Source of the DNA: an uncultured Alphaproteobacteria bacterium
Lineage (GTDB): Bacteria; Pseudomonadota; Alphaproteobacteria; SP197
Reading direction: 5' to 3'
Assembly: GCA_943787175.1 (NCBI GenBank)
Contig: CALSLK010000003.1
Coordinates: 67,409 to 131,408 of the forward strand
Length of the DNA stretch: 64,000 nucleotides
Shown: positions 31,665 through 42,167 of the stretch, one piece after another
How positions within the stretch are numbered: the stretch's first letter is position 1
How the letters are laid out: each line of letters opens with the position of its first letter
Position numbers and translations under genes: made by a program
The notes under the pieces: generated by a model
The model's database searches: none
Seen by the model: only the letters and a program-made list of their open reading frames with translations
Told to the model about the DNA's origin: nothing

Positions 31665-31700
31665 TAGGGGTTACGGCCTCGCAAGACACAGGGGCAGGAA

Positions 31701-32822
31701 ATGCAGGAATTTGACGTCATTATCGTGGGTGCCGGCGCAGTCGGTGCATCACTGGCTTATCGTCTGGCGCCACACAAAAAGGTGCTGATGGTCGAGCGGG
31801 AAGAACAGCCCGGCTATCACAGCACCGGCCGCTCTGCCGCCCACTACACAGATGTCATCGGCGGCACGGTGGTGCAGGTCCTGTCAGAAGAAACGCGGCG
31901 TTTCATCGATGCACCGCCTGACGGTTTTGCCGACGCGCCTCTGCTCAAACACAGACCTGTCCTGCTTCTGATGGGCAAGGATGCCGATCACGTGCGTCAC
32001 TATGAGGCGGAGCTGGACCACGTCATGGGACGTATTCTTCACCGCATTGATGTCGATGCCTGTCTTCAGCACTGCCCGGTTGTGCGGCCCGACAAGATCA
32101 GTCACGGGCTCTGGGAGCCGACTGCTGGGGATATCGATGTCCATGCCATCCACGGTGGTTACCTCCGCGGCGCGCGCCTGGATGGCGCCGAACTTGTCTG
32201 TGATGCAGAGGTCCGTTCTCTTGAGCGCCGCGATGGTGTCTGGAAAGTGCAAACGAAAGCCGGAATCTTTCAAGCCCCCCTGGTGGTCAACTGTGCCGGC
32301 GCATGGGGCGACGAATTGGGTAGAATTGCAGGTGCCAGACCGGTCGGTCTGCAGCCCATGCGGCGAACGGCTTTTACGTTCAAAGGACCCGAAGGTGTCG
32401 ATTGTTCGGCCTGGCCGCTGACGGCTGATGATACTGGGACTTTCTATTTCAAGCCGGAATCTGGCCTGATCATGGGCTCTCTCTCTGATGAAGCGCCCAG
32501 TGACCCCTGTGATGCGCAACCCGAAGAACTCGATCTGGCACAGGCCGCCCACAACATCATGGAATGGACCACGCTGGAGATTACGCGCCTGGAAAGTCGC
32601 TGGGCGGGGCTGCGAAGCTTCGTACCGGACCATCTTCCTGTCACCGGGTTCGATCCGGTCACGGATGGTTTTTTCTGGAACATTGGTCAGGGTGGTGCTG
32701 GTATCCAGACCTCGGCTGGCCTTTCGGCCTATGCGGCAGCGGTGATTCTGGAAACCGAGATTCCTGAAGCGCTGGCCGCCACAGGCATGACGAAAGAAAC
32801 GCTTTCGCCGGCCAGGCTCTGA
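31701..32822 (+). CDS. FAD-dependent oxidoreductase (DAO family; D-amino acid / amine oxidase-like)
   Basis: N-terminal GxGxxG FAD motif (DVIIVGAGAVGASLAYRL), DAO-family length and a C-terminal motif. Confidence 0.75.
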   Translation: MQEFDVIIVGAGAVGASLAYRLAPHKKVLMVEREEQPGYHSTGRSAAHYTDVIGGTVVQVLSEETRRFIDAPPDGFADAPLLKHRPVLLLMGKDADHVRHYEAELDHVMGRILHRIDVDACLQHCPVVRPDKISHGLWEPTAGDIDVHAIHGGYLRGARLDGAELVCDAEVRSLERRDGVWKVQTKAGIFQAPLVVNCAGAWGDELGRIAGARPVGLQPMRRTAFTFKGPEGVDCSAWPLTADDTGTFYFKPESGLIMGSLSDEAPSDPCDAQPEELDLAQAAHNIMEWTTLEITRLESRWAGLRSFVPDHLPVTGFDPVTDGFFWNIGQGGAGIQTSAGLSAYAAAVILETEIPEALAATGMTKETLSPARL

Positions 32823-32825
32823 GGA

Positions 32826-33977
32826 TCAGTTTCGGCTCGGTTGCATGCGATCTGCATACCAGCGATGAAAGTGCCAGATGGCGCGCTCCTTGTCGGAGTA
32901 ACGTCCCGGTATCCATGCGCCGCTTTCCATGCCGGCCTGCACGCCGCGGCAGGCCATTTCGTCTTCAGACTGGATGATGTCGATTCGTTCGGCGACATGA
33001 TCACGCCATGATGCGAAGTTCGGGGCGTCGATGCGCTCAGCTGGCACCATGACGCGCCAGACAAAGCGGTGGCGGCCCGGCCCCACGGGCTCGACGATGT
33101 AGGAGGTAACCTTCTCCGGGTTCACGTAGAATCCGAAACACGGCCAGACGTGGAAGAAAACCATCTCGCTGGACGCGAAGTCGGGAAGGTCTTTCAGCGG
33201 TTCAGGCCAGTCGGGTGAGGCGGGTGTTTGCATCGTCTCCGCGAAAGGGTGATGCAGGTCCGACCATGCCCCGCCGTCGCGGTCCAGGCTGACCCAGGAG
33301 AGCGAGGTCGGAATGGAATCCCCTGCACTGGTGCGGTGGAGCGCCGAGGTATGGTATCCCTCGATGGCGTTTTCCCACATGACTTTCCAGTCCCAGGTGA
33401 TCGGATAGGCCTTTTCATGGACCGTGACCATGTTGGACATGCGCCATGGGGCGACAATCGATTTGAGTGCCTCCAGGTTTTTGCCGAATGGCTCTGCATC
33501 CTGGTCCAGATTGATGGCGATGAAACCTTCCCAGTCCTCGCAGCGAACCGGGGGCAGTTTGATTTCGGATAAATCGAAGCCGGCCGTACGCTCCATCTCG
33601 GGCGCCGCGATTAACCGGCCTTTCAGGTCATAGGTCCACAGGTGATAGGGGCAGGCGAAACTCGCCTGGCGACCGCAGCCTTGCGCCACCCACATGCCGC
33701 GATGACGGCAGACGTTGTGGAAGGCGCGGACGACACCATCCTGGCCGCGGACCAGGAGCAATCGGGCTCCGGCAATCTCGATCGTTCGGTAGTCGCCCGT
33801 TTGCCGGAACTGATCACTGCGCGCGACCACCAGCCATGAACGCTGGAAGATGCGATCGTTTTCGGCCGGCCAGATGGCGGGATCGGTATAGGCGTGTGCC
33901 GGCAACCAGGACGCCTCTTCGAGAGGACGTCGTACTCCGGCCAGGTCGGCTTCGGTGAGCAAGTCTCTATCTGTCAT
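32826..33977 (-). CDS. Rieske [2Fe-2S] non-heme iron oxygenase alpha subunit (GbcA/CntA-like)
   Basis: Rieske motif CRHRG...CPYHLW and mononuclear iron motif WENAIEGYHTSALH. Start placed at a Met with a GGAG Shine-Dalgarno. Confidence 0.75.
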   Translation of the reverse strand: MTDRDLLTEADLAGVRRPLEEASWLPAHAYTDPAIWPAENDRIFQRSWLVVARSDQFRQTGDYRTIEIAGARLLLVRGQDGVVRAFHNVCRHRGMWVAQGCGRQASFACPYHLWTYDLKGRLIAAPEMERTAGFDLSEIKLPPVRCEDWEGFIAINLDQDAEPFGKNLEALKSIVAPWRMSNMVTVHEKAYPITWDWKVMWENAIEGYHTSALHRTSAGDSIPTSLSWVSLDRDGGAWSDLHHPFAETMQTPASPDWPEPLKDLPDFASSEMVFFHVWPCFGFYVNPEKVTSYIVEPVGPGRHRFVWRVMVPAERIDAPNFASWRDHVAERIDIIQSEDEMACRGVQAGMESGAWIPGRYSDKERAIWHFHRWYADRMQPSRN

Positions 33978-34063
33978 GCTCCAGTCCATCACACGTGGTG
34001 GTTGAAATGCAAACCGCCGGACCCTTGCGAGCCCGGCGGTTCCGGTAACCTCTGCGTGACGCC

Positions 34064-35454
34064 TTACTCGGCGGCGGCCAGCATGTTTTCCTTCTGGACG
34101 TAATCCCAGGTGTCGTCGAGCGCCAGCTTGAAGCGGTCGAAGAGTGCGTGGATTTCGTCTTCGGTGATGATCAGCGGCGGGCAGGCGGCAACCGAGGTGC
34201 CGGCTGCTGCGCGCAGGATGAGGCCGTGATCGAGGCAGCGGTCTCCGCAATAGGCTGCGACCGAGGCATCAAAGTTCTCACGGGTTTCCTTGTCCTTGAC
34301 CAGTTCCAGGGCACCGATCAGGCCTTCGCCACGGGCTTCACCCACGATGGGGTGATCGGCCAGGGCATGCAGACGCTCCTGCATGACCGGTGCGATCTTG
34401 TTGACGTGGCCGGCAATATCCAGCTCGTCATAGATCTTCAGGGTTTCGACCGCGACGGCGGCAGGAACCGGATGGCCCGAATAGGTAAAGCCAGTGGCCA
34501 GAACGCCGTTCTCGTCGGAGAAATCGCGGATCGGGCCATAGACCTTCTCGTTGATGATGACGGCACTGATCGGCAGGTAGGCCGATGAGAGCTGCTTGGC
34601 ACAACCATAATGTCAGGCTGAATTCCGTACTTGGTGCAGCCGAAGACTTCACCGGTACGGTGGAAACCACAGATGACTTCATCGGCGATCATCAGCACGT
34701 CGTATTTCTTGAGAACCGCCTGGACCTTCTCGAAATAGCCCTTGGGAGGCAGGATCACGCCGCCGGCACCCATGATGGGCTCAGCAACGAAACCGGCGAC
34801 CGTGTCGGGGCCTTCGTCCAGGATGAGCTGCTCGAGCTCGTTGGCGCGGCGGGTTGCGAACTGCTCCTCGGTCTCACCGTCTTCACCGAAGTGATAGAAG
34901 TGCGGCGAGCCTGTGTGGAGGATGTTCTTGATGGGCAGATCAAAGCCTGCATGCATCAGGGGCATACCGGTCAGGCTGCCTGACGAAACGGCGATGCCGT
35001 GATAGCCGCCCATACGCGCGATCAGTTTCTTCTTTTCGGGCTTGCCGCGGGCGTTGTTGTAGTACCAGACGAACTTGATCATGTGATCGTTCGCTTCGGA
35101 ACCTGAATTGGCGAACCAGACCTTTGACATCGGCGAAGGCGACATCTCGATCAGGCGCTCGGCCAGATCGATCGACGGCATCGAGGAGCGATGGAAGAAG
35201 GCGTGGTAGTAGGGAAGCTTGCGCATCTGATTGGCAGCAGCTTCGACCAGGCGCTCGTTGTTGAAGCCCAGGGAGGTGCACCAGAGACCCGCAAGGCCTT
35301 CGATGTACTTGTTGCCCTCCAGATCCTCGACATAGATGCCGTCACCCTTTTCGATGATCAGCGGCCCGCGCTCTTCATGCTTTTTCAGGTTGGAGTAGGG
35401 ATGCAGATAGTTTTTGATATCCCGCGCATGGGGGGAGTTTGGAAGCACGGTCAT
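34064..35454 (-). pseudogene. Class III (omega) aminotransferase, single frame change near 34600
   Basis: PLP fold-type I class III motifs (ADEVICGFHRTGEVFGCTKYGIQPDIM...). The C-terminal 106 aa continue in another frame. One base in GTGGCC seems missing. Confidence 0.75.
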
Positions 35455-35742
35455 GGGCTTTTTCCTCATTGAGTCGCTTGGATCAAAGAAAGGCCGCTCA
35501 AGGCGGCATGGCAGGTACTGCGGGCACTGCTGTCACGGCCATTAAAGGCCTGAATGGGCTTGATGGCAAGCCATCGCAGCCCACAATTGCGAAACCCGCC
35601 ACCGATGGTTCGGTGACGGTTTTTGCTGGTCGTGGGTATGGCCGGGACGCGGCCTTGGACGAAGAAAGAGGAGGTTTAAGGTTTCTTCGCCCCGTTTACC
35701 CGAAAGCATGAAAGCCGTTGGAAGTGCCAGTGTGGCGGCCTC

Positions 35743-36399
35743 TCAGGCCCGCTTTCCGATCCAGATGACCCGGCCGACCAAATCAAGATTGGCCAGACTG
35801 ATCGGCTCAAGGTCGAGATAAGCCGGATTATCGCTGGCAATGGCGACGCGCTGGCGCATCGGATCGACCGACAGACGTTTGATCAGGATGCCGCCGTTGT
35901 GGCGCATAACATAGATGCCATCGGAGCCTGGCGACCATTGGGTCAGGTCGATCAGCAGGCTGTCACCTGCATTGATCGTGGGCGTCATGGCATCACCGTC
36001 CATGGTGATCATGGCGAGCTGGTTGACGGGGGTTGTCGTGATCCGAGCCAGCCAAGTCGCCTGGAACGCCATTTCCGAAGCCGTGCCACCAGGGCTCGTC
36101 ATCGACGCGGTGCCCTTGTCGGTTTCGGGATCGAAACGCGAGATGATCAGAAAGGCGTCTGCATCGTCACCTGTACGTGCAGAAGGGCCGCTGCGTTCGT
36201 CAATCAGGTCGACGACGGTGCATTCAAGCGCGTTTGCCAGTTTCTGCAAGGTGTCATGACGAGGGTGTTGAGAACGACCGGTGACGATGTCGCGCACGGC
36301 CGTCTCGTTGAGCCCAGCCATCAGAGCCAGCCGTTTCTGGGATAGGCGTGCCAGCGTCATGCGACGCTGCAATTCACGAACCAGATGGGTGTCGTTCAT
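35743..36399 (-). CDS. XRE-family HTH regulator with a C-terminal S24 (LexA-like) peptidase domain
   Basis: HTH (LSQKRLALMAGLNETAVRDIVTG) and an S24 Ser/Lys dyad region (MTPTINAGDSLLID...ILIKRL). Confidence 0.7.
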   Translation of the reverse strand: MNDTHLVRELQRRMTLARLSQKRLALMAGLNETAVRDIVTGRSQHPRHDTLQKLANALECTVVDLIDERSGPSARTGDDADAFLIISRFDPETDKGTASMTSPGGTASEMAFQATWLARITTTPVNQLAMITMDGDAMTPTINAGDSLLIDLTQWSPGSDGIYVMRHNGGILIKRLSVDPMRQRVAIASDNPAYLDLEPISLANLDLVGRVIWIGKRA

Positions 36400-36475
36400 G
36401 GCGCTATCGTGCATGAGCACAGCATGGAACCCAAGCAGGAATTGCCGAATTCATGTCGTGCTTTGCACCGAACAC

Positions 36476-36721
36476 TCAAGGCATGCCGATTGCGGTTTTG
36501 TAGGATTCGAGCAGGGCTTCAAGTTCCTGGCGATCATCGGCTTCCATCTTCCGCAGCTTGATCAGCTGGCGAATGATCTTGGTGTCGAATCCGGTGCCTT
36601 TGGCTTCGCGATACACTTCGCGGATATCCTCGCCTATATTGGTGCGGTCTTCTTCCAGATTTTCGATGCGCTGAATCAGCGAGAGAAGTTTCTCGCCTGC
36701 AATACCTTCAACATTAATCAT
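36476..36721 (-). CDS. DUF2312 (GapR-like nucleoid-associated) protein
   Basis: 81 aa with the conserved alphaproteobacterial DUF2312 sequence pattern (LLSLIQRIENLEEDRTNIGEDIREVY). Confidence 0.7.
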   Translation of the reverse strand: MINVEGIAGEKLLSLIQRIENLEEDRTNIGEDIREVYREAKGTGFDTKIIRQLIKLRKMEADDRQELEALLESYKTAIGMP

Positions 36722-36730
36722 GGTTGGTCC

Positions 36731-37558
36731 CTAACTGCCGTCGTTTTCTTTTCCATAGCCGAACATTCTTGTGATGTTCGGGCACATCTTCAGAACGGTC
36801 TCTGCTTCGTCCTCTGTCAGCACCTTACGCCATCCACCGATGCGTTCATCGGTTACGGCCTTGCCCCAGAGGTCAGAGACATAATTGCCCCCAAGTTTGT
36901 TTGCCTCGACCCGGCCATCGTCCCAGCCAGGCCAGGCACCTTCCGGGTCGTAGCCAGAGAGGTCCAGCCCGGTAAAACCGGCCACTTGCTGGGCGACTCC
37001 GACGGGATCGCGCACCAGCCGTTCGTATTGAATCCAGGCCAGCCGGCCGTTCCATATCTGGCGTTTGGCCCGGAACAGGATGGCATAGGACTGCTCGATC
37101 CGTTTGCCGAGCAATTCCATGTCGCGGGGATAGGCGTTGCCCATGCCGGCCTTGTCGAGTTTCCTGCCGATCGCCAGCAATGACACTGCGATATCACGGG
37201 GGTCGCGGGCCAAAACGACAAAGCGGGCATCGTTCAGCAGCCGTGCCAGGGTCGGGAAATGAAAGGTAAGTTCCGGTTGCTTGATGATGACGTGGTGGCT
37301 GCCGGGCCAGCGTTCAAGCAAATGGTCCAGGTACTGGCGGATCTGGTTTTCGCTGAACCGGGCAAGATCTTCGGTGTCATGGAACTGATGACGCCCATGA
37401 CGATCCCACCAGCGCAGCGAATCTTCATAGGCCATGGCCAGAAACCGCAGATAGCGGTCTTCAGGAATAGCGGGATGGCTGCCCGGTGCGCCGCACAGAA
37501 TGCTGCGCATCAGCGTTGTGCCGCTTCGATGGGTGCCGCCAATGAAGACAATGCTCAT
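36731..37558 (-). CDS. Sulfotransferase family protein
   Basis: PAPS-binding 5'-PSB loop (GGTHRSGTTLM) and 3'-PB region (RDPRDIAVS). Confidence 0.65.
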   Translation of the reverse strand: MSIVFIGGTHRSGTTLMRSILCGAPGSHPAIPEDRYLRFLAMAYEDSLRWWDRHGRHQFHDTEDLARFSENQIRQYLDHLLERWPGSHHVIIKQPELTFHFPTLARLLNDARFVVLARDPRDIAVSLLAIGRKLDKAGMGNAYPRDMELLGKRIEQSYAILFRAKRQIWNGRLAWIQYERLVRDPVGVAQQVAGFTGLDLSGYDPEGAWPGWDDGRVEANKLGGNYVSDLWGKAVTDERIGGWRKVLTEDEAETVLKMCPNITRMFGYGKENDGS

Positions 37559-37567
37559 GGAAGCGAC

Positions 37568-38743
37568 CTAGACCGCAGCGAGCGCCTGTTCCAGTTCACG
37601 GATCAGATCATCGCAGTCTTCGACGCCAACGGAGAGGCGCACAAGGGCATCGGAAATGCCAATTTCCTCGCGAATTTCCTTGGGAATCGAGGCATGAGTC
37701 ATGATCGCGGGGTGTTCGATCAGGCTTTCGACGCCGCCCAGGCTTTCGGCCAGGGCAAAGAGTTCGCAACGTTCGAGAAAGCGGCGCGCGCCTTCGATGT
37801 CGCTGTCGAGCACCGCCGTGACCATGCCGCCGCCACCTTTCATTTGCCGTTGGGCGAGTGCGTGCTGTGGGTGGCTGGAGATTCCCGGGTAGTAGACCCG
37901 GGCAACCTTGTCGTGTGCTTCAAGGAAGTCGGCGATTGCCAGGGCGTTCTCGTTGTGGCGTTCCATACGCAGATGCAGGGTCTTGAGCCCGCGCATGGCA
38001 AGAAAGCTGTCGAAGGGACCGGCAACGGCGCCAACGGCGTTCTGGAGATAACCCATCTTATCTGCGATCTCGGTGTTATCACCCACGACCACCATGCCGC
38101 CGACCATGTCGGAATGGCCGTTTAGATACTTGGTGACCGAATGCACAACCAGATCAAAACCATGTTCCAGCGGGCGCTGGGTCCAGGGTGTCGCAAAGGT
38201 GTTGTCACAAACGGTGATTGCGCCGACTTCACGGGCCAGACGTGTGACCAGCGAAAGGTCAACGATGGTCAGCAGCGGGTTGGTCGGTGTCTCGATCCAG
38301 ACCATATCTGTGCCTGGCGTGATTGCCGCGCGCATGGCGTCCTCGTCAGACATATCGGTAAAGGCAAAGGAATGGCCGGCGCTCTTCTCGCGGACATCAG
38401 CAAACAGGCGATAGGTGCCGCCATAAAGGTCATTGCCGGCAACAATACGGCTACCCGAATCCAGCATGTCCAGAATGGTGGCCGAGGCTGCCAAGCCTGA
38501 GGCAAAGGCATAGCCGCGATTGCCGCCTTCCAGATCAGCAACGCAGGCTTCAAACGCCATGCGCGTGGGGTTCTGCGAACGGGAATACTCATAACCCTTG
38601 TGGACGCCGGGGCTTTCCTGGACATAGGTCGAGGTCGCATAGATCGGTGTCATGATAGCGCCGGTCGTGGGGTCCGGCTGCTGCCCGGCATGGATGGCGC
38701 GCGTGGCAAAGCCAGGGCGGTTAGGTCGTGATGTGTCGGTCAT
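37568..38743 (-). CDS. Cys/Met-metabolism PLP enzyme (cystathionine gamma-lyase / gamma-synthase family)
   Basis: PLP-lysine motif SVTKYLNGHSDMVGG and full-length MetB/MetC/CGL-family similarity. Confidence 0.8.
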   Translation of the reverse strand: MTDTSRPNRPGFATRAIHAGQQPDPTTGAIMTPIYATSTYVQESPGVHKGYEYSRSQNPTRMAFEACVADLEGGNRGYAFASGLAASATILDMLDSGSRIVAGNDLYGGTYRLFADVREKSAGHSFAFTDMSDEDAMRAAITPGTDMVWIETPTNPLLTIVDLSLVTRLAREVGAITVCDNTFATPWTQRPLEHGFDLVVHSVTKYLNGHSDMVGGMVVVGDNTEIADKMGYLQNAVGAVAGPFDSFLAMRGLKTLHLRMERHNENALAIADFLEAHDKVARVYYPGISSHPQHALAQRQMKGGGGMVTAVLDSDIEGARRFLERCELFALAESLGGVESLIEHPAIMTHASIPKEIREEIGISDALVRLSVGVEDCDDLIRELEQALAAV

Positions 38744-38867
38744 GCTTCGTTTCCCGTTGGATGCCCTTCCATGGGCCGCAACGCAGGTGTTCGTCAAGCC
38801 AAGAGCCGTTGATATCGGGTTGTTTCGTCAAGTTTGCTGTGCAGACTGCCCACTCCCGGAGGTGACC

Positions 38868-40295
38868 ATGTCTGACGACGATCTCAATTATCTATCTGCC
38901 CGTGAAGCCGCACGGCGGTTTCGTGACCGCTCTCTTTCACCGGTTGAACTGCTGGATGCAATGATCGCCCGCGCAGAAGCGATCAAAGAGAGCGTGAACC
39001 CGTTTGGGGATTGTTACTTCGACGAGGCGCGGGACCGGGCCAGGGAGTCAGAAAAGGTCTTTGCCGGGAAGGGGGGCGATGCCGGTCCTTTGGAAGGGCT
39101 GCCGCTTGTCGTGAAGGATACCAGTGCTATCGCTGGAAAGCGCACGGCCAAGGGCTCGATGATCTATCGCGATCACGTCGATACCGAGACCGATCCTGAC
39201 ATCGACCGTCTGTGCAGTGCCGGCGCAAACCTCTTCGCGCGCACCACCACACCGGAGTTCGGCTGGCTCTATACGACGCAGTCACGAATCTGGGGTGTGA
39301 CTCACAATCCCTGGCGTCACGGCATTTCACCAGGTGGCTCGTCGGGCGGTTCGGCTTCGGCGCTGGCAGCCGGAGCCACTGTCCTGGCAACCGGCGGCGA
39401 CAGCACGGGTTCGATCCGGCAGCCGGCCAGCCAATGCGGCGTGGTGGGTTATCAGGCACCGTTCGGTCGTATACCCATGCCTGGCTCCAGCAGCTTTGGC
39501 TACTACCTCCACCATGGTCCAATGACGCGCACGGTGGCTGATGCAGCGTTGATGGCCAACGTCATGTCAGGCCCTGATATCAGGGATCATAACTGTCTCC
39601 AGGAGCGCGTTCTGATCCCTGACGAACTGGATGGCATCAAGGGCATGCGTATCGCAGTTTCCATTGATCTGGGATTCTACGAGATGCTCGATGATGTCGT
39701 GCGCGAAACCATGGTGTCGCTGGATGCCCTGCGAGACGCCGGCGCGATTGTCGATCTGATCGAGGTCGACTGGGCCGAGGAACTTGTGCGTCTGGGGCAT
39801 GGCGGACAGGAATTCCTGTATGCCGATGGCATCAATGCTGCCCTGGAAGAACACGGCGACATTGTCAGTGATTATTTTCCGCAACTAGCCGAAACCGCGA
39901 ACAGTTACACGGCAAATGATTATCGCCGCGCCCTCACCATGGCCGGAGAGGTCTGGAAGGATCATCTGGGTCCGATGTTCGGCAAGTACGATGCCTTCAT
40001 CACTCCAACCGTGTCATCCCCGGAAATTCCGGCGACCGGCTGGCAAAAGGACACGATCACGGTGAACGGCAAGGAGGTCACCGATACCCAGACTGCCATG
40101 ACTGTGCTTTGGAATATGTACGGGTATTGCCCCGTTCTCTCCGTACCTTCGGGGATGACCGATGCCCGATTACCGACTGGCCTACAGGTCATCGGCCGAC
40201 CCTGTGACGACATTACGGTGTTCCAGATTGCCGCGGCCCTGGAACAACGTCGCCCCTGGCTGGATACGCCTGAGCGTAGGCCCGTGCTTAGCTGA
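38868..40295 (+). CDS. Amidase (amidase-signature family)
   Basis: AS-family Gly/Ser-rich signature (GGSSGGSASALAAGATVLATGGDSTGSIRQPAS) and a Ser-cisSer-Lys triad context. Confidence 0.8.
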   Translation: MSDDDLNYLSAREAARRFRDRSLSPVELLDAMIARAEAIKESVNPFGDCYFDEARDRARESEKVFAGKGGDAGPLEGLPLVVKDTSAIAGKRTAKGSMIYRDHVDTETDPDIDRLCSAGANLFARTTTPEFGWLYTTQSRIWGVTHNPWRHGISPGGSSGGSASALAAGATVLATGGDSTGSIRQPASQCGVVGYQAPFGRIPMPGSSSFGYYLHHGPMTRTVADAALMANVMSGPDIRDHNCLQERVLIPDELDGIKGMRIAVSIDLGFYEMLDDVVRETMVSLDALRDAGAIVDLIEVDWAEELVRLGHGGQEFLYADGINAALEEHGDIVSDYFPQLAETANSYTANDYRRALTMAGEVWKDHLGPMFGKYDAFITPTVSSPEIPATGWQKDTITVNGKEVTDTQTAMTVLWNMYGYCPVLSVPSGMTDARLPTGLQVIGRPCDDITVFQIAAALEQRRPWLDTPERRPVLS

Positions 40296-40313
40296 GGCGG
40301 ACCGCCTGCGCGA

Positions 40314-41678
40314 TCAGAGGCCTCGGCGTAGGTGATTGAGAAGGTCGATGCGTGTGATGACACCAAGGAAGGTGTCGCCGTCGACCACGATGGCTGTGAG
40401 GTCGCGCCGGAAGATCGGCATCAGATCTTCGATGCTGGCTGAACGCTCGACCGTTTCCAGATCAGACGTCATGGCAGACGAAACCGAATCCTGAAAACTT
40501 TCCCGCTTCTGATGGATCGCCAGCAGAACATCCGACTCATCGATGATTCCTACTGCCCTGTTCTGGTCGAGCACAGGCAGCTGGCTGACGTCATAGAGTT
40601 TCATGCGTGAAAGCGCGGTGGCCAGCGTGTCGTCCGATTTGACCGTGACAGATGCCTTGTTGTCATGCGGGCGCGCAATCAGGTCGCGCAGATCGCCATG
40701 CTGTTCACGTTCGATAAAGCCCTGATCGAGCATCCAGTAATCATTGTACATCTTGGAGAGGTACTTGTTGCCGCTGTCACACACGAAGGTGACGACATTC
40801 TTGGGCTCGGTCTGGTCGCGACAATAGGCCAGTGCAGCAGCGATCAGGGTGCCCGATGACGATCCCGCCAGGATCCCTTCGTCTTCCAGAAGCTTGCGTG
40901 CGGTGAGGAACGCCTCCTTGTCGGGAACGGTATAGGCGCTCGAGACCAGCGAAAGGTCACTCACGTCGGGAATAAAATCCTCGCCGATGCCCTCAACCAG
41001 CCAGGAGCCGAGATCGCCGATCTCCCCTTTGTTGACGTAATCGGCCAGAATCGACCCTTCAGGGTCTGCCAGAACCATCTCGAGATCAGGTGCAACTTTT
41101 TTGAAGAAGCGCCCCAGGCCGGTGATCGTACCGCCGGAGCCCACACCACAGACCATGGCATCCATGCGATGGGACATCTGGGCCCAGATCTCGGGACCGG
41201 TGCTGGTTTCATGGGCCAACGGGTTGGCCAGATTGCCGAACTGGTTGATGAAGACGCTGTTCTCGATCTCTCCGTTCAGGCGCAATGCCATGTCCTGGTA
41301 ATACTCGGGGTGCCCTTTGCCCACGTCCGAGCGGGTCAGCAGAACTTCCGCGCCCATGGCCTGAAGATTGAAGATCTTCTCCTGGCTCATCTTGTCGGGG
41401 ATCACCAGGATCAGGCGATATCCTTTCTGGCGCGCGACCAGGGCCAGACCCAGGCCGGTGTTTCCCGCGGTTGCCTCGATCAGTGTGCCGCCGGGCTTGA
41501 TGGCGCCGGATTTCTCGGCTGCCTCGATCATGCTGAGCGCCGGGCGATCCTTGATGGACCCGCCTGGGTTCTGGTTTTCCAGCTTCAGGAACAAACGGCA
41601 CTTGCCGGTGTCGAACTTGGTAACCTCGACCATCGGCGTATTGCCGATCATGTCGAGAACGTTGGTGTGGTAGGTCAT
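40314..41678 (-). CDS. Cystathionine beta-synthase (CysK-like PLP domain plus C-terminal CBS pair)
   Basis: PLP-lysine motif (PGGSIKDRPA), GTGGT loop (GVGSGGTITG) and a C-terminal CBS tandem. Confidence 0.8.
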   Translation of the reverse strand: MTYHTNVLDMIGNTPMVEVTKFDTGKCRLFLKLENQNPGGSIKDRPALSMIEAAEKSGAIKPGGTLIEATAGNTGLGLALVARQKGYRLILVIPDKMSQEKIFNLQAMGAEVLLTRSDVGKGHPEYYQDMALRLNGEIENSVFINQFGNLANPLAHETSTGPEIWAQMSHRMDAMVCGVGSGGTITGLGRFFKKVAPDLEMVLADPEGSILADYVNKGEIGDLGSWLVEGIGEDFIPDVSDLSLVSSAYTVPDKEAFLTARKLLEDEGILAGSSSGTLIAAALAYCRDQTEPKNVVTFVCDSGNKYLSKMYNDYWMLDQGFIEREQHGDLRDLIARPHDNKASVTVKSDDTLATALSRMKLYDVSQLPVLDQNRAVGIIDESDVLLAIHQKRESFQDSVSSAMTSDLETVERSASIEDLMPIFRRDLTAIVVDGDTFLGVITRIDLLNHLRRGL

Positions 41679-41765
41679 GGCGGCTCCGGCGACAGAGTTT
41701 ACGTTGGATTTCGGCTACCATAAGCCAAGTCGCCTGACACAACACCCGATGGAACCGGCATCAAC

Positions 41766-42167
41766 ATGGCCCATCCCCAGAATTATCGTGCCTATGGTGT
41801 GCTGCTTCGCGCTGGAAAGGTGCTGATCTCTGCCGAATGGATCGGCCCTGTCTTTGCCTGGAAGTTTCCCGGCGGTGGTGTCTGGCCCGAAGAAAGTGCG
41901 GAAGACGCTGTGCGCAGGGAGTTGATTGAGGAAGCAAGCCTTGAGGTAACCATCATAAGCGAACTCCATGATCCCGGCACGCGGGTAAGCCCCTGGACCC
42001 GGGCTCCCTACACGCCGATCTACTTTCTGATTGCAGCAAACGGCGAGCCGTTGGTGCCAGATGGCGAGACAGTGGAACTTTCCTTCATGGACCCCCAGCA
42101 GGTGCTGGCAAGCGAGCTTGTGGCTGACCCTGAGAAGGTCGCACTACATAAAGCGCTCGGTATCTAG
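41766..42167 (+). CDS. NUDIX hydrolase
   Basis: Nudix box GGGVWPEESAEDAVRRELIEEASL. Confidence 0.75.
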   Translation: MAHPQNYRAYGVLLRAGKVLISAEWIGPVFAWKFPGGGVWPEESAEDAVRRELIEEASLEVTIISELHDPGTRVSPWTRAPYTPIYFLIAANGEPLVPDGETVELSFMDPQQVLASELVADPEKVALHKALGI

